Shown here: positions 21,877 through 32,001 of the stretch, in pieces
How the letters are laid out: each line of letters starts with the position of its first letter
Numbering within the stretch: the first letter of the stretch is position 1
Origin: Caldisphaera sp.
Lineage (GTDB): Archaea; Thermoproteota; Thermoprotei_A; Sulfolobales; Acidilobaceae
DNA length: 64,000 nt
NCBI GenBank assembly: GCA_049971805.1
Contig: JBMFKU010000007.1
Span: 1-64,000, forward strand
Reading direction: 5' to 3'
Program-made: the position numbers and the translations under genes
Notes under the pieces: generated by a model
The model's database searches: none
What the model was told of the DNA's origin: nothing
What the model saw: only the letters and a program-made list of their open reading frames with translations

Positions 21877-22836
21877 TTGGGGATTTCAATGATTAAAAAA
21901 CTAACGGTTTCTGCACCAAGCCATGTGCACGTAGGCAATATAGATCTTAATGGCAATTTTGGAAGAGTTTATGGTACCTTAGGTTTTGCTTTAGAAACAC
22001 CAAGATTGATAATTAATATGGAAGTTTCAGAAGATACTAAAAATACCGAAGAAATAGATCTTTATTTAAATTTATATAAACAATTTATGAACTGTAATAA
22101 GTCAATTTCAGCAGAAATTATATCTGATATACCTAAAAATGTTGGACTAGGTAGAACTACTGCTTTAGCATTGTCGATAGGCTATGGTTTGAATTTATTG
22201 TGTAAAAAATCTTTTGAAATTATAGAGCTAGCTAAAATTGCAAATAGAGGAAACAAAAACTCTGCTCTTGGAGTTTATAGTTTTAAATATGGAGGATTTA
22301 TTGTTGATGGAGGAGTAAAAAACAACGAAGTAGCTCCAATAATTTTTAGAGGTATAATGCCTGAAAATTACAGAGCCGTCTTGGCATTACCAGAAAAGCC
22401 TATTAAAAAAATTTTAGAAATTAAAAGAGATGAAGATAAAATATTGTCTTCATTACCCAAGATGGATGAAAACTTTGTTGGCTATTTGTCTAGGTTAGTT
22501 TTAATGAAAATATTACCCTCATTTTCAGAAGGAGATATAAAATCATTTGGAGAGGGAATTATGGAATTTAATAGATCACTTGGAAAATATTGGAATAAAT
22601 ATCAAGAAGGAATCTATTGTTGTAATGAAGTGAACAAACTGATAGAAAAATTTAGCGAGATAGGAGCAGTATGTGCTTGCCAATCAAGTTGGGGACCCAC
22701 AACATATGGTATTTTCAATTACAAAGAAGCAAATTATGCATTGAATGAAATAAGAAAGGCTATAGACAAAATAGGAGGAGGAAAGGTCTGGATTTCAAAA
22801 ATTGATAATAATGGAGCATTTGCAAATATTAAATGA
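21877..22836 (+). CDS. Beta-ribofuranosylaminobenzene 5'-phosphate synthase family (GHMP kinase fold)
   Basis: APSHVHVGNIDL.G..GR.YG.LG, GLGRTT, GGFIVDGG, QSSWGPT. Confidence 0.88.
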   Translation: MGISMIKKLTVSAPSHVHVGNIDLNGNFGRVYGTLGFALETPRLIINMEVSEDTKNTEEIDLYLNLYKQFMNCNKSISAEIISDIPKNVGLGRTTALALSIGYGLNLLCKKSFEIIELAKIANRGNKNSALGVYSFKYGGFIVDGGVKNNEVAPIIFRGIMPENYRAVLALPEKPIKKILEIKRDEDKILSSLPKMDENFVGYLSRLVLMKILPSFSEGDIKSFGEGIMEFNRSLGKYWNKYQEGIYCCNEVNKLIEKFSEIGAVCACQSSWGPTTYGIFNYKEANYALNEIRKAIDKIGGGKVWISKIDNNGAFANIK

Positions 22837-23130
22837 AAAAAGATATAATAAAAATATTTATCTATTTATGATTGCGATTGTTTTATGTCACAATGTAACT
22901 TATTAAAACCTCATCCTTTATTAAAAAAATCTTCTTTACATTTCTATTAAATTATATTAGGCTTATGTTATTAAAAAAATCTTATTATAGAATTTTTAAT
23001 AGTTATTTTTATAGTATTAGTATTATTTACTTAGATTCAATAGTTCAGATTTTAAAAACCTAAAACAGATAAATTAGATTTTTTGTTTTCTATCTTTTTT
23101 GAAGGTTATGTTTACATTTACCTTATTATT

Positions 23131-24330
23131 TTACTTCATTTTTTCTCTTATTAGATTTTCATCAATACTAAAAATTTTTCTTAAGTAGTAATAAGTTGGC
23201 AATGATATTGCAATGAGGAATAAAGAAACTGCAGTCAAAATTTTTGGGATTGAATAAAAATATGAAAGTGAACCAAATAAAACTGCCATTATTGGAGATG
23301 AACTAGTTAAAAATATGACAATGATTGAATTTACCCTACCTAATACTTCATTTGGAATGATTTTTAATAACCTTGAGTTTAATGGTATATTAACTAAAGA
23401 GCTAAATAATCCTATAATACCAGATAAAATTAAATCAATATATGAGTATTTACTAAGTGCTAAAAATAAAAAACTAAGACCAAAAATTCCTATTGATATT
23501 GATATAAAATAAGATGAGTCAATGAGCTTATTTATCTTAATTCCGGTAAGACCTCCTATGAATCCTCCTAAGGAAAAATCTAAGAGAAATAAAGTATAAT
23601 AAAATGATTTAGTATGTAAATATTGATAGAAGATGGCAGAGGCATAGACGTCTAATGAAACAAATAATCCATTAATTAGCATACCTAATATTAAAAAACC
23701 TATTATAATCCTTATTATTCTAATTACATTATTATAATTATATTTGCTCTTAATTTTAACAGCTTTATTAATTTTTTTATTAGGATATGAAAATATTGCA
23801 GAAATTAAAGATAAAATTATCATAATAGGAATAAAATATTTTGACAATATCAATATAGATATACCGCCTATTAATATACCTATAATTTCTGAAAGTCCTC
23901 TTCCAGCTTCTATAAACGACATAGACTTATTTATATTGAATTCCTCTACGATGTCTTTTATAAGAGTCATGAATACATCAGATGAGATATTAGATAAAAT
24001 AGATGATATTGTTGCTATTAAATAAATAAAATATAAAAGCTTAACAAAAAATAGCAAGAAATAATTAATTGCTATAAAAATTGAACTTAAAAACATTATT
24101 AAATCTCTTCTAAACTTATCTAAAATATATCCCTCAGGAATTATTATTATAAGATACCCCAGTAGAGCTGATAAAGGCATCATACTTACATAGAAAACAG
24201 AATCATATTTTACCATTATTATCCACATATAATAAACATAAAATATCATAAAAGTTAATCTTAACAAATTTCTAGCTAGATAAAATCTGATGAACGTAAC
24301 ATTAAACTTTTTACGCATAAATCTCACCAA
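23131..24330 (-). CDS. MFS transporter
   Basis: About 12 hydrophobic segments, GYILDKFRR motif A, IPNEVLGRVNS. Confidence 0.85.
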   Translation of the reverse strand: MVRFMRKKFNVTFIRFYLARNLLRLTFMIFYVYYMWIIMVKYDSVFYVSMMPLSALLGYLIIIIPEGYILDKFRRDLIMFLSSIFIAINYFLLFFVKLLYFIYLIATISSILSNISSDVFMTLIKDIVEEFNINKSMSFIEAGRGLSEIIGILIGGISILILSKYFIPIMIILSLISAIFSYPNKKINKAVKIKSKYNYNNVIRIIRIIIGFLILGMLINGLFVSLDVYASAIFYQYLHTKSFYYTLFLLDFSLGGFIGGLTGIKINKLIDSSYFISISIGIFGLSFLFLALSKYSYIDLILSGIIGLFSSLVNIPLNSRLLKIIPNEVLGRVNSIIVIFLTSSSPIMAVLFGSLSYFYSIPKILTAVSLFLIAISLPTYYYLRKIFSIDENLIREKMK

Positions 24331-24399
24331 CTCATATAAGTATTATTTATACGTAGAATTTTTATTTTTATTCATTCATTGTTATTATTGTGAATTAAA

Positions 24400-25002
24400 A
24401 TGGCAGAAAATATAGATGATAAAATAATAGAAAAATTGCTTAAGATTTTCAAAAATCCCACAAAGCTTTCCATAATAGCATTGTTAATTAAAAATAAGGA
24501 AATGTCAGTAACTCAAATTTCTAAAATATTAAATACTACAAGATCTAATTTGTATCAATCAATAAAAGATCTATTAAATGATAAGATAATTTTACTATCG
24601 AGAATTCAAGTTAATAAGAACTATGTAGAAAAATATTATAAACTAAATTTTGATTTACTTGATAGAGTTAAATCAGCTAATTTAATGGAAGCCATAAAAA
24701 AATCATCCATAGAAGATTTTAAAGATCTTACAATTTCATTTTTAATAATAAATTCTCTTATATCTAATATACTGATAGACGATTTAAAAAGGTCTTCTGA
24801 GAATAAAATAAAAGAATTTAAAGAGAAATGGTTAAACAATAATATCTATATTTCCATGTCTTTTTTAACTATATCTGATGAAGAGGCTAAAGAATTTTCA
24901 AGCATAATTGATAAATTTATAAACAAAGTCGAATTAAATAAAGAAACAAAAATCGAATCCCATTTATTATTAGTATTATTATTTCCTTGGTTTTATTTAT
25001 AA
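24400..25002 (+). CDS. ArsR-type HTH regulator divergent from the MFS gene
   Basis: IFKNPTKLSIIALL...MSVTQISKILNTTRSNLYQSIKDL...EKYYKL. Confidence 0.8.
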   Translation: MAENIDDKIIEKLLKIFKNPTKLSIIALLIKNKEMSVTQISKILNTTRSNLYQSIKDLLNDKIILLSRIQVNKNYVEKYYKLNFDLLDRVKSANLMEAIKKSSIEDFKDLTISFLIINSLISNILIDDLKRSSENKIKEFKEKWLNNNIYISMSFLTISDEEAKEFSSIIDKFINKVELNKETKIESHLLLVLLFPWFYL

Positions 25003-25096
25003 GTTCTCCTACATAATAAATAATTAAATTTACTTATTTGCTATATTAACGCTAATTTTTAATTCTTAATAGCAATAATAAAAATGGGAATTACAT

Positions 25097-26221
25097 ATGG
25101 TAAGAGCAATAGGTTTAGATTCAGGTACAATGAGCTTAGATATATTAGGTTTCGATGACGAAAGCAATGAAGTTTTTTTAGATATAGCAATACCAAGAGA
25201 AGTTATAACAAATCACCCTGAGTATCCAATAAAATTAATAGAAAAAATCAAAGATGTTAAAGCTATAGTTGTTTCTAGTGGTTATGGCATACCATTTAAA
25301 AGAGCACAAGAGTCTAGTATAGAAGAAATAAATAGAGCAACATTTATTACCAAAGAAGATGAGAATAAACGGCTTAAAATAGTAGGATTAAGAAATCTAA
25401 TGAAACTCTTTAGAGAATCAAATTTACCAGCTTATTTCGTTCCAGGGGTCATACAGTTAGAAACTATACCAGAGTATCGTAAACTAAATAAGATTGATTT
25501 GGGAACATCTGATAAAATCTTTAGTGTAGCCCAGGCCTTAAAAGACGAAATGGATATCTATCAAAAAAGGCCTTCATTTTCAAATTTCATACTAGTAGAA
25601 ATCGGATTTGCCTATATAGCTGCTCTATCTATTATTAATGGAAAAATAGTTGATGGAATTGGGGGTACGACCGGATTTCCCGGATTTAAAGGAAGCGGAT
25701 TTATTGATGCTGAGGTCTCATACGCTATTTCATCAGCTGAACCAAGATTCTCAAAAATTAGGCTATTCCAAGGTGGAATTTCTGATTTGATTAACAATGA
25801 TAATATAGATTATTTTGAATCTTTAGTAAAGGCAGGAAATGAAATCGGATTAGTAGGAATCAATGCTATAATAGAATCGATACTTAAAGATATTGCTATA
25901 ATGTTAGTTAGCAACCCAAAACCTGAAAAAGTCTATTTGAGTGGAAGATTTACTAGATATAAAACAATTTTTTCTTATATTAAGAAATCAATAAGGGATT
26001 TTCTCAACAATTTTCCAATTAATGCAGAGATTACTACCGTTTCAAGACTAGGAAATGAAACTAAGGAAGCTGCTTCAGGCGCAGCTGTTTTAGCAAACGG
26101 AATAGCTAATGGAAGGTATAGAGATATATTTGAAACTCTAGAAATAAGGAACTCAAAACATGATATATTTTCATACATAAAGCCAAACGATCTAAAAACG
26201 AAAATTTTAAAAGTATTTTAA
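25097..26221 (+). CDS. DUF1464 family protein (ASKHA/butyrate kinase-like)
   Basis: AIGLDSGTMSLD, SSGYG, NKIDLGTSDK, GKIVDGIGG, KEAASGAA. Confidence 0.85.
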   Translation: MVRAIGLDSGTMSLDILGFDDESNEVFLDIAIPREVITNHPEYPIKLIEKIKDVKAIVVSSGYGIPFKRAQESSIEEINRATFITKEDENKRLKIVGLRNLMKLFRESNLPAYFVPGVIQLETIPEYRKLNKIDLGTSDKIFSVAQALKDEMDIYQKRPSFSNFILVEIGFAYIAALSIINGKIVDGIGGTTGFPGFKGSGFIDAEVSYAISSAEPRFSKIRLFQGGISDLINNDNIDYFESLVKAGNEIGLVGINAIIESILKDIAIMLVSNPKPEKVYLSGRFTRYKTIFSYIKKSIRDFLNNFPINAEITTVSRLGNETKEAASGAAVLANGIANGRYRDIFETLEIRNSKHDIFSYIKPNDLKTKILKVF

Positions 26222-26408
26222 TAAAGTTTAAAAACTTCATTTTCTATAAACAACGTCTTTCACTTTACAGGGAGAGGATTCTTTGTCATTTATACCATAA
26301 AAACACAAGCTTTTAATCCAAAACTAAGTATTTACTAATAGCAACAAAATAAACATAAACAAAATTATTTGGAAAGCAAAAAACTTTTCATTAGTTCATA
26401 AACTCTGC

Positions 26409-26582
26409 TTACTGCGCTTTATATTTAGCTAATTCCTTTTTCTTTACTCTTAAATCAGTGCTTTTGCATTTTCTGCACTTCTTTGCATTAATTGGGTTTC
26501 TTGCTCCACATTTTCTGCATATCTTAACCTCAAAGACCCTCTTTTCAACTATTTTTATCAACTCTGGATCTGTGATCGGCAT
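26409..26582 (-). CDS. rpl40e: 50S ribosomal protein L40e
   Basis: Manual translation [57 protein letters not shown] (57 aa; not in the ORF track). Confidence 0.96.
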   Translation of the reverse strand: MPITDPELIKIVEKRVFEVKICRKCGARNPINAKKCRKCKSTDLRVKKKELAKYKAQ

Positions 26583-26700
26583 TATTCTTACCCCTAATCT
26601 CTTTTATAAGTAGGATTTAATAAAATTATTGCTGTTATTCTAAAATATATTTAGTGTATAGACTAACATATTTAAATTAGTAATTGAAAATTATTTCTAG

Positions 26701-27330
26701 GTGAAAAATATGTCAGCTATCTCAGGGAAATTAAGTATTGGAGAGGAAGTTTATTTAAGAGGGTTAACTGGTAGGCTTGTTGGAATATATTTATTTAAAG
26801 GATTCAATAAAATAGCAATAATTTCATACCCAGATAGGATATGCGAATCCATTTCAGCAGCTGCAGAAGTTTCTTACCTAGATTCTTATGGGTATTCTGA
26901 AGGAAAAGTTAAAATCTTTGATTATGATAACGACACAGACAAATTAATTAAAAATATTATTCAATTCAAACCAGAGGCGATCTATTTAGCATTTGGAGGA
27001 GAACAAAAATTATCTGATGTCAACACAATAACAATTAATATACTAAATTCTTTAAAAAATTTCAAATATGGTGGATCTTTATTAATTCATGTAAGAACAT
27101 GGATAGCTACAAAACAATTTTCAACTATATTAAATAATAAGGAATTAGCCGATTATTTAGGATTATTGAAAGAAATAAGATTATTTACAGCAGATGCCAA
27201 TGCTAAAAAGTTTTCATTTTACAATTTAATAATTACTAGTTCTAACTCAATGCAATTAAGCAAATATGCAGAGACAGATATAACAGAAGAGCATGCCAAC
27301 CTATTAAAGTTATCAATACCCCCTTCATAA
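26701..27330 (+). CDS. Hypothetical protein (alpha/beta, probably conserved in crenarchaea)
   Basis: 209-aa ORF with normal composition; no motif recognised. Confidence 0.7.
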   Translation: MKNMSAISGKLSIGEEVYLRGLTGRLVGIYLFKGFNKIAIISYPDRICESISAAAEVSYLDSYGYSEGKVKIFDYDNDTDKLIKNIIQFKPEAIYLAFGGEQKLSDVNTITINILNSLKNFKYGGSLLIHVRTWIATKQFSTILNNKELADYLGLLKEIRLFTADANAKKFSFYNLIITSSNSMQLSKYAETDITEEHANLLKLSIPPS

Positions 27331-27331
27331 A

Positions 27332-27877
27332 TTAATTTGATGTACTAGATATAAATTTACCCAAAGAATTTTCTATATATTTTCTTAACTCATCCAATAA
27401 TCCTAAGTCGTCTGCCTTTTCTAAAGCCTCTTCAGCCATTTGTATTGATCTATTCAAGTGAGTCTCATCAATGTTTTCAAGACCGTTTTTCAAAGCAAGC
27501 TCATAGGCATACGATGCCTTGTATAGTGGAGTTAAAATTTTTGCTTTTAAATCATGGCTAATTTGATTCCATAAAAATATGCATTGAAGTAATAAGCCAA
27601 CATCTATAAGCTCTCTTGCCATAGCTATCCTATATTCTATCTGCTTTTTATTTGATTCATTTGAATCCAAATAATTCTGCAAACCTATTATTTCCATTAT
27701 TGACATAGGATTTTTGCAATATTTTTCCCTTCTCTCCAATAATAAATTTCTTAAATCTCCATCCATTTTTCTTAACCATTTTGCCAATTCATTTTCTGCT
27801 TTTTCCAAATCATCGATCCAATAAATCTTTTCCATTATGCTTTTAAATGCAGAATCTATTGGATCATTTTCGGTCAT
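27332..27877 (-). CDS. Hypothetical all-helical protein, overlapping the Trax-like gene
   Basis: 181-aa ORF overlapping the upstream stop by 14 bp. Confidence 0.7.
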   Translation of the reverse strand: MTENDPIDSAFKSIMEKIYWIDDLEKAENELAKWLRKMDGDLRNLLLERREKYCKNPMSIMEIIGLQNYLDSNESNKKQIEYRIAMARELIDVGLLLQCIFLWNQISHDLKAKILTPLYKASYAYELALKNGLENIDETHLNRSIQMAEEALEKADDLGLLDELRKYIENSLGKFISSTSN

Positions 27878-28514
27878 TCTTTTTTCCTCTTTCTAATTTT
27901 TCTAAGTACTCCTTTAAATCTTCTCTTGATTGTAAGTCAATAAGCATTGCCTTTGTTTCATCAACCAATGCTCTAGCTACATCAGCCTTGTGTCTTACAC
28001 CAGGTAATATCGCGTCTGGATAATCTAAACCCCTTATTTCTAAATAAATAGATTCCATAAGCTTTAGAGATTCCCAAGCTTTAGAGAAGTTATTTTTTCT
28101 TATAGCTTCCAATGCATACCTTCTTAGCTCTCCAACAACATCGCCCAATCCTTGAATATAAGCAATCGGATATACATTTAATTCCTTATAGCCTGGTATA
28201 TCTTTACCTTGAATTATATTAACCAAAACTTCAGCCTCTACATACTCACTTATTGCATTATATGCCAAGCCTGAATATGCCAATTCTGGATAATTTTTAA
28301 CTAATTCCAATAGTTTATTATTATTACTTTTACATAAATCAAGATATTTAATTGCCTCTTCTATATTTCCTTTATGAATTTCTGTAATACTATATCCGCT
28401 ATTTCTTATAACCTCTCTAGATATCTTAACAACTTGCTCCCTTACTAAATCCAATTCTTTTAAATACAAATCTATTGAATTTATGATTTCCTCCAATCTT
28501 TTTTGAACATCCAT
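27864..28514 (-). CDS. Translin/Trax family RNase
   Basis: REQVVKISREVIR, SEYVEAE, YIQGLGDVVGELRR, RHKADVAR. Confidence 0.9.
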   Translation of the reverse strand: MDVQKRLEEIINSIDLYLKELDLVREQVVKISREVIRNSGYSITEIHKGNIEEAIKYLDLCKSNNNKLLELVKNYPELAYSGLAYNAISEYVEAEVLVNIIQGKDIPGYKELNVYPIAYIQGLGDVVGELRRYALEAIRKNNFSKAWESLKLMESIYLEIRGLDYPDAILPGVRHKADVARALVDETKAMLIDLQSREDLKEYLEKLERGKKNDRK

Positions 28515-28605
28515 ATTTAACCCTTCTAAATTTGTATTTTAAAGCAAAATACATAAGTCTTAGCACTAAAGGTTAAAAGTTAATAAAACCTAGTTAATAG
28601 ATATA

Positions 28606-29574
28606 TTGCAAGAAGAGGGATTAAATTTGCAACATAAAGAAATAGAGACAATAAACATTAATAGAGTTTTTAAATCAAAAGGGAAAACAATTCAAGCACT
28701 AAATAACGTCTCAATAGAAATACCAAAAGGATATATAGCTTCATTAGTCGGACCAAATGGGGCTGGGAAAACAACCCTTATAAAAATTCTATCAACTTTA
28801 ATGTTACCAACCTCTGGAAAGGCATATGTACATGGATTCGACATAATAAATGAAACAAAAAATGTAAGGAGTTCAATAGGTTTAGCCACTGGCGGAGAAA
28901 GATTATTTTATTATAGACTAACTGGTTATGAGAATCTATTGTTTTTTGCCTCTCTGTATGGATTATCATTAGGTGAAGCAAAAAGAAAAAGCAAAGAACT
29001 CTTAAATATAGTAGGATTATCAAATTTCATCAATATTCCATATATGAAGTATAGTCTTGGAATGCAAAGAAGACTTGCATTAGCTAGAGCTTTAATAAAT
29101 GACCCTCCTGTTTTACTTTTAGATGAACCAACTTTGGGCATAGATCCCATATCAGCAAGAGAATTCAGAAGATTAATAAAAACATTAGCTCAGAAAAAAA
29201 CTGTTTTGTTGACAAGCCATTATATGAGTGAAGTTGAAGAACTATCTGATATTGTATTTTTAATAAAAGATGGTACGATTTTGCTAAAAGGTAGCACAGA
29301 GGAATTAAAAAATAAAATTGGCAAAATTGTAGAATTGTTGCTACCATTAGATTTTATTAATGATAGCATCTCTAGGTTTATAATTAGTATAAGAGCAAAT
29401 AAGGCATTTTTAAGACTACCAAAATCGCTAATAGATACGATAAATGGTAACGCTGAAATAATTGGAGAAAGCGATCCTACATTAGAAGATGTTTATGCTG
29501 TGCTAATTGGAGAAAGTCCAATAAATCAAGGTAGAGGAGTAAGGCCTGTAGGGTGGAGACATTGGTCAAGCTGA
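28606..29574 (+). CDS. ABC exporter ATP-binding protein
   Basis: GPNGAGKTT, YSLGMQRR, LLLDEPT, TSH. Confidence 0.95.
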   Translation: MQEEGLNLQHKEIETININRVFKSKGKTIQALNNVSIEIPKGYIASLVGPNGAGKTTLIKILSTLMLPTSGKAYVHGFDIINETKNVRSSIGLATGGERLFYYRLTGYENLLFFASLYGLSLGEAKRKSKELLNIVGLSNFINIPYMKYSLGMQRRLALARALINDPPVLLLDEPTLGIDPISAREFRRLIKTLAQKKTVLLTSHYMSEVEELSDIVFLIKDGTILLKGSTEELKNKIGKIVELLLPLDFINDSISRFIISIRANKAFLRLPKSLIDTINGNAEIIGESDPTLEDVYAVLIGESPINQGRGVRPVGWRHWSS

Positions 29575-30380
29575 GCTCCTTAATATCAAGGCTTTATGCT
29601 TTTGTTTATCTAAGGGGATTTAAAATATGGATAAGCTATAAAACACAGGTAGTATTAAACGTGTTAAGTTGGGTACTACCAGTTTTTACATATTATTTTA
29701 TAGGAACATCTTTAGGAGAAAAGTTTGTAGCTGCAATTAATGAAAAAAACTATACATCCTTTATAGTCATAGGGCTTGCATTCCAAGGTTACGTATCTTC
29801 AGTTATAACAACAATAAGTGGAAGAATGAGGAACGAACAACTTTTTGGAACTATCGAGTATTATATGCTTTCCCCAACCGGGGTTTTTGGAATGATGATA
29901 TATTCTGCAGCATGGGGATTTGTATTAAATACCATTAATGCAGTTGCAATACTCTTAGTTGGCTCAGCGTTAGGCGTTTCATATTCAAATGCTAACGTAT
30001 TGGGAGCTATTATAATAATAGTTGAGCTTTTAATATCGACATTAGGCCTTTCTATGATGGCTGGAGGAATTATTATGATAACAAAACAAGGAAATCCTAT
30101 TGCATTCTTCTTTTCAACAATAACTACACTGCTTTCAGGAACAGTCTTTCCAATAACAGTTTTACCCTATTATATAAAGGTGATAAGCTATGCAATTCCT
30201 CTGACTCCAGCATTAAATGCCTTAAGGCTTGCATTACTAAATGGATCTTCTTTTGTAGCATTATATAATTATTTTATAATTTTATTAATATTTGATATAA
30301 TTTTACTGCCATTAGGAACATTTATCTATAAAATAGGATTTGACATAGCTAGAAAAAATGGTACGCTAAGCGAATATTAA
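29553..30380 (+). CDS. ABC-2 type permease
   Basis: Six TM segments, EQLFGTIE, LLSGTVFPITVLP...IPLT. Confidence 0.92.
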   Translation: METLVKLSSLISRLYAFVYLRGFKIWISYKTQVVLNVLSWVLPVFTYYFIGTSLGEKFVAAINEKNYTSFIVIGLAFQGYVSSVITTISGRMRNEQLFGTIEYYMLSPTGVFGMMIYSAAWGFVLNTINAVAILLVGSALGVSYSNANVLGAIIIIVELLISTLGLSMMAGGIIMITKQGNPIAFFFSTITTLLSGTVFPITVLPYYIKVISYAIPLTPALNALRLALLNGSSFVALYNYFIILLIFDIILLPLGTFIYKIGFDIARKNGTLSEY

Positions 30381-30475
30381 TTAATTTCGTATGAAATCAA
30401 AAATGATAAATCTTATCTTTTGTATTTAAAATTTATTGATTTATTGCGACCAAAAGGCAGGCCTAATACTTTTAG

Positions 30476-31714
30476 TTAAATTATCATTGTTAATACTACT
30501 ATTAAGGATAAAGCAATCGTTCCAACTATGGTATATAGTTTTACATATTTATTTTTTGATAAGAATACCAAAAAGGCTTTTTCCATTATTGCTGCTAACA
30601 AAGTCAGTTGAATTAAAAATGCAGCATACTCTGCATTTATTTGATTGTGTAAGTACAACAAGCCAATAGAAAATATAGAACCAGCAGCATTAGCAAATGA
30701 CGATGCAAATATTGTTAGAGGCAATAAATAACTTGCTACAATAACAACTATTTTAGCCAGTATCATAATAATAAAAAATATTATAGCAAATTCTAAAACT
30801 CTTAATACTGGTAATGGTGCTTCAGGGGTTTCTATATATTCGCTTTCCCAATATTTTTTACCAATTACAAAAATTATTAGCATAGATATAATTAATAATA
30901 AAACTGTAAGACCAATATGCCTAACAATAGAAAAAGACCCTGTTGTAAAATATGAAAAGGCAAGAATCTGAACCAATACTAAAGGTAAATTGGAAAATAA
31001 TATATTAAAAGCAATGGCTTTTCCAGCTTTTTCATTTTTATTGCTTAATTCTATTAAACTAATAGTAACTGTTGTACTGGAGACTATACCTCCAATAATA
31101 GAGAAAATCATTAACCCCTTTCTATATATCTTTAATACAATATATTGAGCAACAAATATAGTCGCAATAATCACAACTATGAACCAAAACTGAAAAGGAT
31201 TAAACAAAGAATATGGGCCAATATACTTGTTTGGCAAAAATGGTAATATAACCAACGAAAATATCATCAAATTCAAAATTCCTAAAAGGTCTTCTTTCCT
31301 TATTTTTGATATAGCATCGAGCAATTGTGTCTTATAAATTCCTAAAGATGCTACCAAAACAGATATTATTATTCCAAGCTCAAAGTAACCTAAACCTTCT
31401 AACATACCAGAAAAGAAGACCAAAAAAATACTTACATACGTCGTTCCTCCTGGAGAGCCTGTTACTCTAACTTTCTCTAAATATATCGCTGTAGATATAG
31501 TTACGATAGTTATTATAGATGCAAGTAAAGCCATATCCATAGAAAAAATTTTTGAAAAAATTGAAAACATGTATCCTAAAAGGGATATAAATATTGCTGT
31601 TCTTAATCCTAAAAAGATTTTAGAGCCTGTTATCTTTCTATATTCATTAACAAATCCAACTATCCCTCCTGCAGCTATTGCCATCAGTAAGTTTTGCAAA
31701 GGTATTTCTTCCAT
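30476..31714 (-). CDS. MgtC/SapB + DUF4010 membrane protein
   Basis: GGIVGFVNE...GLRT, VILPFLPN...FNPFQFW, GGIVSSTTVT. Confidence 0.85.
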   Translation of the reverse strand: MEEIPLQNLLMAIAAGGIVGFVNEYRKITGSKIFLGLRTAIFISLLGYMFSIFSKIFSMDMALLASIITIVTISTAIYLEKVRVTGSPGGTTYVSIFLVFFSGMLEGLGYFELGIIISVLVASLGIYKTQLLDAISKIRKEDLLGILNLMIFSLVILPFLPNKYIGPYSLFNPFQFWFIVVIIATIFVAQYIVLKIYRKGLMIFSIIGGIVSSTTVTISLIELSNKNEKAGKAIAFNILFSNLPLVLVQILAFSYFTTGSFSIVRHIGLTVLLLIISMLIIFVIGKKYWESEYIETPEAPLPVLRVLEFAIIFFIIMILAKIVVIVASYLLPLTIFASSFANAAGSIFSIGLLYLHNQINAEYAAFLIQLTLLAAIMEKAFLVFLSKNKYVKLYTIVGTIALSLIVVLTMII

Positions 31715-31879
31715 TATCTGACCCCCTCATAAAACGAGGTTTGTTTTCCTTTATCAAACCTTCATCCTGTCTAATTTTATTATTACAGATTTAGATTTAT
31801 ATTTTTAATATATAATTATATTTTTTAATGTAATAAAAACTATATCTTAATAAATCTAAAGTTATAGAAAAAGAAGTGA

Positions 31880-31953
31880 GGGCCCGTAGCTCAGCCTGGT
31901 GGAGCGCTCGGCTGATAACCGAGAAGTCGGGGGTTCGAATCCCCTCGGGCCCA
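31880..31953 (+). tRNA. tRNA-Ile(GAU); no intron, CCA not encoded
   Basis: GGGCCCGTAGCTCAGCCTGGTGGAGCGCTCGGCT-GAT-AACCGAGAAGTCGGGGGTTCGAATCCCCTCGGGCCCA. Confidence 0.97.
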
Positions 31954-32001
31954 TTAAAAGATTAATATTTTTAATAGACGATAGAATAAAAGGAGATAAG
32001 A

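Noticed and set aside
26255-26290. CACTTTACAGGGAGAGGATTCTTTGTCA as a third IS605-type end
   Set aside because: Too short and degenerate, with no partner end visible
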